Notes under the pieces: model-generated | What the model was told of the DNA's origin: nothing | Database searches by the model: none | The model's input: only the letters and a program-made list of their open reading frames with translations | Source: Paraspadella gotoi | Lineage: Eukaryota > Animalia > Chaetognatha | Length of the DNA stretch: 64,000 nucleotides | Assembly (NCBI GenBank): GCA_051294375.1 | Contig: CM119265.1 | Coordinates: forward strand, 16,245,750 to 16,309,749 | Direction: 5' to 3' | Program-made: the position numbers and the translations under genes | Shown: in pieces, positions 56,518 through 64,000 of the stretch | Numbering within the stretch: position 1 is the stretch's first letter | Layout of the letters: every line of letters begins with the position of its first letter

Positions 56518-59510
56518 AAAAAAAAAACAAAAAAAAAAGAAAATAAAAAAAAAAAAAATAAATAAAAATAAAACATAAAAAAGTAAAAAAAAAAAGAATA
56601 GAAAAAAAAAAAAAAAGAAAAGGAATCAAAAAAGTAAGGAGAGAGAGTACAAAATGATGAGTTTCATAACAAGGAATTTTAGAGGAGAGATATTTAGAGA
56701 TTATAAGTCCGACAGCTGAAGATAAGGATCAGGATTAGGAATTAGTAGATGAAGAACAACGTCGCACCATTTAATATTTATTCTCCGAAGAGCCCATTAT
56801 GCCATCACGATCTCATAGATTGGGTCGGAGGCATTTTTTTTACCAATCTTTTCCTAGATGTTAAGTCTACGTCTAATACTTCAGTATCTAAAATTTAAGA
56901 AATCGAAAAACATTTTTTCAACAAACAATTGAAATAGAGCCTTTTCGTTTCTTCTGCGATTGTTTTCCGCTACGCTGAAACTAACAAGAATATACGAGAA
57001 GGAAAAATGTCATATTAATTAATCGATTTTAAATTTTTGGCGCGCAAAGATATTGAGCATTATTTTACTCAATGTGTCTTATGGTTAATTATTTTATTAA
57101 AATGTTAGTTACGTCTAAAATTTTACGTCCCCTGCTGGAATCAAGCAGTGCTCCGACCCCTAGTTTAGGCGGAGACTTTTTGTTTGCGGCATCGAGTCAA
57201 GGTTCCAACGACTCTCTAAACTGGCGTAAGGTTTGACGTAACATGTCCGGGCGCGTAATTGTCTCCAAATTTACCGGGAGAGAGGAGAGATAGGGAATGA
57301 GAGAGAGAGTAGAGAGAGAGAGAGAGATGAGAAGATTTCCGACGAGAGAGGATATAGAGAGATGAGAGAGGTTTCTTGGGAGAAAGTAAATCTGCGAAGC
57401 GATCAACACTTGTTATTTGCTTCATTTTCTTCTCTTGGTTTTTTTTAGGGCGGTCTTAGTTTGTTTTTTGTTTTTTTTCTAGTTTATGTTTTTTTCTGTT
57501 TTGTTCTTTTTGTCAAGAACAAGGCCGTGTTCCGAAATAAAACTCAAGCGTTCTCTGGCTACAAAAAAAAAAGATTTTTTTTTGTTTACTCCGCTGAAAA
57601 ATTTATGATTCGCATTCGGCTGATGTTTTACATGTTTCGTCTTCTCTTCCGCAGACGGGAACTCTGGATTCTCGTTCGCTTTTTTTTTTAGCCAAATTTT
57701 GCAGCGTGAATGCCAAGACGGCATTCGCGTGCTTAGTACCAGCAGGAATGCCATATGGCCAGCTGGCCATGGCTGGAACTGACTGTATAACTGACATGCA
57801 TAATGAAATCATGGATGTGAAACACTTTAAATGTCATTTTGTAGGTTCGTCAGCACTTACTTCCGTTAAAGTACCGTTGCCATGCCATCTGATCTTTGGT
57901 GCCATTTTTTCTCCCTGGCGCCATTACCCGCTTTTGGGAAAATTGAGTAATGACACGAAAAAAAAAACAAAAAAAAACCGTTTTTCCCTTCGCTTTTTCG
58001 ATCTCTCTCTGTTTCTCTCTTGCGTTAACCCGATGTTCTTTTGAAATTGGTTTATAGTTTTTAATTGGCTTAATTTGCTTTAACCCCATTTCACGATGTC
58101 CTCACGCGAGACCGAACGCCGATCCTTACATGCAAACGCACGTTATTAACCCGGGTAAGCGCGCCATCTACGTATGTAATCGACGCACATGAGTGCTGGG
58201 AGCTTATAAGCGCGCGTCAAAAAAAAAGAAAATAACTAGTGTTAAGACGTTCTCGCTCGAACACGCTTGAAACAAAAGAATGCGCGCACGAAGACGCACA
58301 TGCGCGCGCGGTTTATTTCATCGGCGCGCAAAAAGCTGCGTCGTGTCGCTCGTGGCAGAGAGAGCGCGCGCGCCCTTCGCCTCCAGCCGCGGATCCGGTT
58401 TCGTCGCTCCAGGATCCACGCGGCGCGGTGCCGTTGGCGCGGTACCGATGCCGCTGTGCCGTTGGCGCGGTACCGATGGCGCGGTTCCATGCGGATAGAG
58501 ACTTGCAGCGCCAAGACGATGACGCCTTTTCTTTCCGCGAGAAAATAATCATTTCTTTCTTTTTTTATTACTTTATTTAATTTCGATAATCAGTTGGTCG
58601 GGTTTCTATTCTAATTCTAAATTTAGACCATGAATTTATATTATAAAGTAGGAACTTTTCATAATTTTAATTAACAAAATATTTTATTCTATTAAATGAT
58701 TAACTGATTTTTATAGCACGCTCGGTGCCTTTCGTTTAACATTTTAAAGAAAACATAATTATGATAATAAAATATCATGAACGACGAAGTGATTGGAAGA
58801 GATATGGTTATTTGGTTTGTTTAATTTAATCATATAAGCATGCGTTTGAAAGCATTGATATAACAAAACAATTTTTATATTTTATGTTTTATATAAGATG
58901 AAAAAATGTAATAAAAGTCTAGTTAATAGATTTGAAAAAAATGTATCAAATTTAAAGCTATAAAACTTTTATTTAAACCACAAAAAATGTTTACAATTTC
59001 TTAAAATATAATTTGAATTTTGGGTATTGTTCGATGCATATTTAAGCGCACCGAAAAAGATTACTAGATAAGTATATTTTGGAGATTGAAAAACTTTTTT
59101 GCCCGGTTCGCTTGACAAAACTCAAAATTTGGTAAATGAAGAGTTAAGTCTTTATTTTCCTTTCTAGTATTTCTTCTCTGTCTCTCGTTCTCTCTTGTTT
59201 GTTTGTCCCTCTGTTCAACTCATGAATTGATTTTTCCAACTATAAATAATAGACGAAAATATTGTCTTCCTTATTCAACGTCACTTACGGATCTCCACAA
59301 CAATACATGAGTCCCGGATATCATTTGAAAAAGAAAATTACCTATAACGACGACTCGATCTCCGGGGAACAACGCGATCATCGACTCTCTCTCTCTCTCT
59401 CTCTCTCTTTATCTCTCTCTTCTCTCTCTCTCTCACTTCTCCCCCCCGCACATTATTTATCTACGAGTTCATTCATCTTCGTTTCCAAATTGACTCTGGC
59501 TCCGCCCTCC

Positions 59511-59547
<37 letters not shown>

Positions 59548-60013
59548 AATGAGTTTGCGACATTAGCGTTTCTTTTTCTTTTTTTGCGTTTTCGTCTCGC
59601 GACCTAATTTTCTCTCTCGTCGCTGCAATAAGTTTCTTTTTTCCCCACGAGTTCAGTTTTGTCGCTTCATTTAATTCGGTGCAAATTTCTATTTTAGTTT
59701 ATCGACGCCATTTTCGCGCCATTTCCTTTCTTCGCGACGTCCGGAGTTTATTTTTTAAAACGTCTTCTCGTCTTGTTTATTCAGTATTTTGCGGTCACGT
59801 GACGAAAACAAAAACAAAAAAAACATCGATAAAGAATCTGCGATTTCCTTCTTCGACGTTTCACCTTCTATTCTTTCGTCAACCACTCGTGGCGTATTTG
59901 TCGTAAGATTTATGTCATATCCGGTGATCTCAAGCTCCGTTTCGATCCGTGACATATTTGTGACAGCACGTCATCCGCGTCGTGTTCAACTGACGCCCTC
60001 ACCCTCCCCCCCC

Positions 60014-60038
60014 NNNNNNNNNNNNNNNNNNNNNNNNN
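60014..60038. other. Assembly gap (25 N)
   Basis: Run of 25 N. Confidence 1.
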
Positions 60039-61414
60039 CTCCACCCGTCCGACGTCACACACTTCAAAAAAAAAAAAAAGAGGCTTAATTCCGAGCGCTA
60101 ATCATAGTGAGAGAAGAGGGGGAAGAGGAGAAGAGAGAGAGAGAGTGAGAGGAGAGATGACGTGGAGAGATGAGATGAGACGAGAGATGGAGGGAGAAGA
60201 TTAATGATGTGGTCGCTGGTTGAGAGGGCTCGAGAATCGTTGGACCCGACGGAGTTTTTTTTTACAGGACCCCACTGAGAGAAGGAGATGCTTGGCCAAA
60301 GAGAAGAAAAAAATATGAATAACGAGAATTACATCGGGGGAAGAGTTAGTTTGGATTTTTATCCCCAAATATAAAACAATATTGGCCGCCGATTCGAAAT
60401 AAACGGAATTAAAATTTTGTATTTCAATTTTAAAATTGTACCGTGAGTTAGATTTTTAAGGAAATCAAGGAAGTATAAAACAAAAATTTTCATTTAAAAT
60501 GTATTTTTGTATATTTATTCCCTTAGATTGCCCAGCTCAGTCGTTAATAAGTAAATAGGATGCATATTATCCAAAAATTTCTTTATCTGGTCCCTTTTGT
60601 GATCCGCATGTCCGGGCGTAAAATAATTGGTTTATGTTTTAGAGGGTTAAGGAAGTAAAATTGGTTCTGTCCAAAATATAAATTTATTTCCTCATCGGAA
60701 ACGAATTCTCCCAAAATACCCGACGATCGGCTGCGCACGGTCATCGCATATACTTAAGGGAAAAACTGAAAGGCCAAAGTATTAATCAAAACCAAGGAGG
60801 ATAAAAGAATTGTGTCTCTTAGTTTGTGTTCTTTATTTTTATTTTCTCGTAATGTTTCCCTCGAAGGATTATTCCTCCGACGCCGATGGAAAAGTCTCTT
60901 GCCTAGACAATGGCTTTACGAGATATGGCAAAAGAAATGAGAAACAGCTGAAGTCAGCAGGAAACAGAGAAAACGAATATGAGAACTTGAAAAAGGAAAA
61001 ATAAAAAATGTGCCCTGAAGGGATTCGGAATGGGAAGAAAAACCAAAAATAATTTTGATATGGCAAATAGATTGTTGAGAGAGAGAGAGAAAGAGAGAAA
61101 GATGGAGGCAGCATTGAGGAGAGTAGAGACGGAAGAGATGAATTCGACTCCGATACGAAAGGAATGGACTGAGAAAGAAGTTCAGAGTTTACGCGGAGTA
61201 GCAGGCGAGAGAGAGAGGGATGAGAGGAATAGGAGTCGAAGACTCTGGCGCTCGCAGAGGGATTGCACGGAGTGATGCGAGGATATTTATATAACAGGCA
61301 GAGACTGTATTCTCCAAAAACAGGAGATGAGTTAAATGAGAACAGGGGAACGGTTTTCACGCACAGAATCGTCGAATGTGACGGGGAAACGTTTAGAAAA
61401 TAAAGGGATATTGT

Positions 61415-61461
<47 letters not shown>

Positions 61462-64000
61462 GAGAGAGAGATGAAGGAGAGAGGAGGAGACGGGAGACGA
61501 GAGAGAGGAGTACTATCGCACATTTAAAAACGGTTAGAGACGATTACCTTCTTTAATTCGGAAAAAGGGTGATAAGAAATGTTGTCGGACGCAACAGAAA
61601 AACGAGAAGAAGAAGAGGAATAAGATAGAATCGCGCCGAAGAGACAGAGAGAAGAAAAGGAAGAGAGAGAGAGACGATGGCGAGAGAGATGAGAGAGGAG
61701 AGAAGGGAGAGATACGACAAAAAAGCCTTTACTCAGTGGCTGATAACTCGGTGAATAAAGAGAAGAAAATCTTAGAACGTCACACATTTATAATGTAAAT
61801 AATCATTCCAGAGGCGAAAATGAGGGAGAAAAACCGGAGGAAAAAAGAGAGAGAGAGAGGAAGAGAGAGATACGAAAGGAGAGAAAGAAAAGATAGAGGC
61901 GAGAGCGGAGGGGAGAGGGAGAGGAGAGAAGAGAAGCCAGAATTAATAAGTATAGTCACTGAATGGACGAGGAAGGAAGAGGAGGAGGAGGAGGGAGGTG
62001 GAGGAGGAGGAGGAGGAGTTAAGATAGAGGAGGATGAGTCGGCCCTCGCTAACGAGAGAAGGAGCTAAAGACGAAGAAGGGCGGACAGTGAATAAATTTC
62101 TCTCCTTTTTTTACTTTTTTTTTTTGCAAAAAGAGAAAGAAAAAAAATGTAATAGGTTAGAAGAAAATGAATGCAAAATAATATCGTCTTGACTTGGAAA
62201 GTAAAAGACAAAATGCGCAAAGGAAGTACGGAAATTCTTGATAAAGAATTAAACATATTTTCAATTTTGTAATATGAAAAGAAGAAGCTCATGAAGAGAA
62301 GAGGACAAGGACGAGAAAAAAATGAATCTATTTCTTTTTATTCATTGAAAAGCCAAGGAGAGTAAAAAAAAATAATACTTCAAAATAAATGGAATAACCG
62401 TTTAATAAATACGCGCGGTGGTCCAGATACTTTTAATAGAAGGAAGAGAATTTTGCTCGCGAAAGAAAAAAAAACTAGAGGGCGTTCCGTAATTGGCTTA
62501 TTAAAAAAGGAAAGAGAAAACGAGGGAAAAGAAGAAAAAGGAAAAAAGTTAAGAGAAAAACGAAATTATTAATATATGTTTTTACTTTTAGTGATATTGT
62601 TTTGTTTATCTAGCGAAAATCCTAAACTGGTGGAATGTTCCAAAGGGCAAGATAACCTTATTTAATTTTATGAGCTGGTTGTACCAATTATCACGGCAGT
62701 TTATCCAATTTAAAGTATGTGGAGAATCTGTGAGACGCCAAAATAAAGTTGAAGATAAAAATCTCATAATCTCATAAATCTCATAAATCTCATAAATCTC
62801 AATAAATTCTAGGCAATTGAGTCAATGTAGTTAATCGTATCTGTTAAAACACCCAACGTTATACATTACGGTGTAAGAAGAAGAACCTGGAACCAATAGC
62901 GCGGAACAGGTTGAAAACTAGAAGTTCTCATCAGAGGGATACCAAAATAAAATGGTTAAGTGATCTGTTAAGAGAAAGCAATAGTGGAAAAAAAGAGTAA
63001 TTTATTAATAGCGCACGGAAGACATTTTTAATAGTATTATATTTCTGATTACTATATAAATGTTTTAATTTTATTGTTTTTAATTTTTCCAATTTTTTTA
63101 AATAGATTTCTGTAGAGCATTTAAAAGCTCTATGAGGAATCCGTCCTTACAATAAAAAAAGTTTAAAAAAAAATTGCATGTTTTATATGTTATAGAAATA
63201 TTTAAAAAGCTTCGGAGATGCAACAACCACGCAAAATGAGAACTACATTCTAGAAAGATTGCATGAAATCGAATCTTCAAGTATAGCGCGCGGAAACGTG
63301 AATTTTTAGAGAACTAGAGAGTTTATAAAATAAACTGTTCCCAATTTTGGCGCGGATCTTCCCGCCTTTAGGCATGACGATAGTCCATTAATACTTTTCA
63401 ACTTCTGAGTGTACAAATGAAAAAATAAGACCAATACGGGGGGAGAAGAGACAACAAATTTCAAAAAGTTTTTGTTTCAGGGATTTTTTTTGTCGTCTGT
63501 GTAGTCGTTCGTCGTCGTTATCGTCTGTTTTTGTGATCTTGCGTCGTAATACTCCTTCGGCTTCGTCGTCAGCCCTCTCGCGGTTAAAAACGATTATCAT
63601 TCTTTAATGAAAAATAAGGGTGCAATCAGCAGTCGAATAGTTGATTTCTATATTTTTTTACCCGAAGGGCTCTGAAAGGCAAGTATGTTGTCAGAATAAA
63701 AGCCTTGGGGGTCACTAATATGGGGATAGGAAAAATTATATATTTAAGAGTACTACTAGGGGGGATAGTTGCAGTATTCAGAAGTTATTGTTTGCAATAA
63801 AAATTTATTAATTTTTAAAACTTTTTAAAACTATTTAAATTATTTTAATATCTTAAACAAGTATGTTAAACAAAATATGAAAATTATTTTAATAATTATT
63901 AAATTAGAGAGTTAATCTGGGTATCAGATTAAAATAAATAAATGATTAATAATGATAAATAATCTTTTCCCCCAGAGTAGACTTCCCCAGGGGTCAGCCC

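Noticed and set aside
56480-56640. Retrocopy poly(A) tail
   Set aside because: No recognisable upstream element or TSD, and the sequence is low quality.

Overview
This is AT-rich eukaryotic (animal, probably invertebrate) genomic DNA with spliced genes, abundant (AG)n/(CT)n microsatellites and non-autonomous transposons. There are no prokaryotic features. Gene models assembled by hand with phase-consistent splice junctions are: the 3' end of a gene ending in a PDZ-ligand-like STEV (446-1234 +); syntaxin-8 (6218-8047 -, 5 exons, one GC-AG intron); a chymotrypsin-family serine protease with Gly189/Arg226 (20110-25307 +, one probable GA-AG intron); two paralogous single-pass 6-Cys Ly6/uPAR-like proteins flanking it (9610-19744 -, 25534-27362 +); a type II membrane pentraxin/LamG protein (30496-31874 +); and a large acidic protein with a C-terminal MYND finger (~32830-45734 +). 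Repeats include Helentron/DINE-1-like elements, a TA-flanked MITE, tRNA-derived SINEs, minimal hammerhead-like motifs and a 70-bp x7 array. The ~47-53 kb segment is an indel-ridden copy of ~41.3-47 kb next to a 25-N gap and is most likely an assembly artefact. The most promising lead is the LU-protease-LU cluster with a predicted acid-specific (granzyme-B-like) S1 pocket. All calls come from reading the sequence; no database searches were run.
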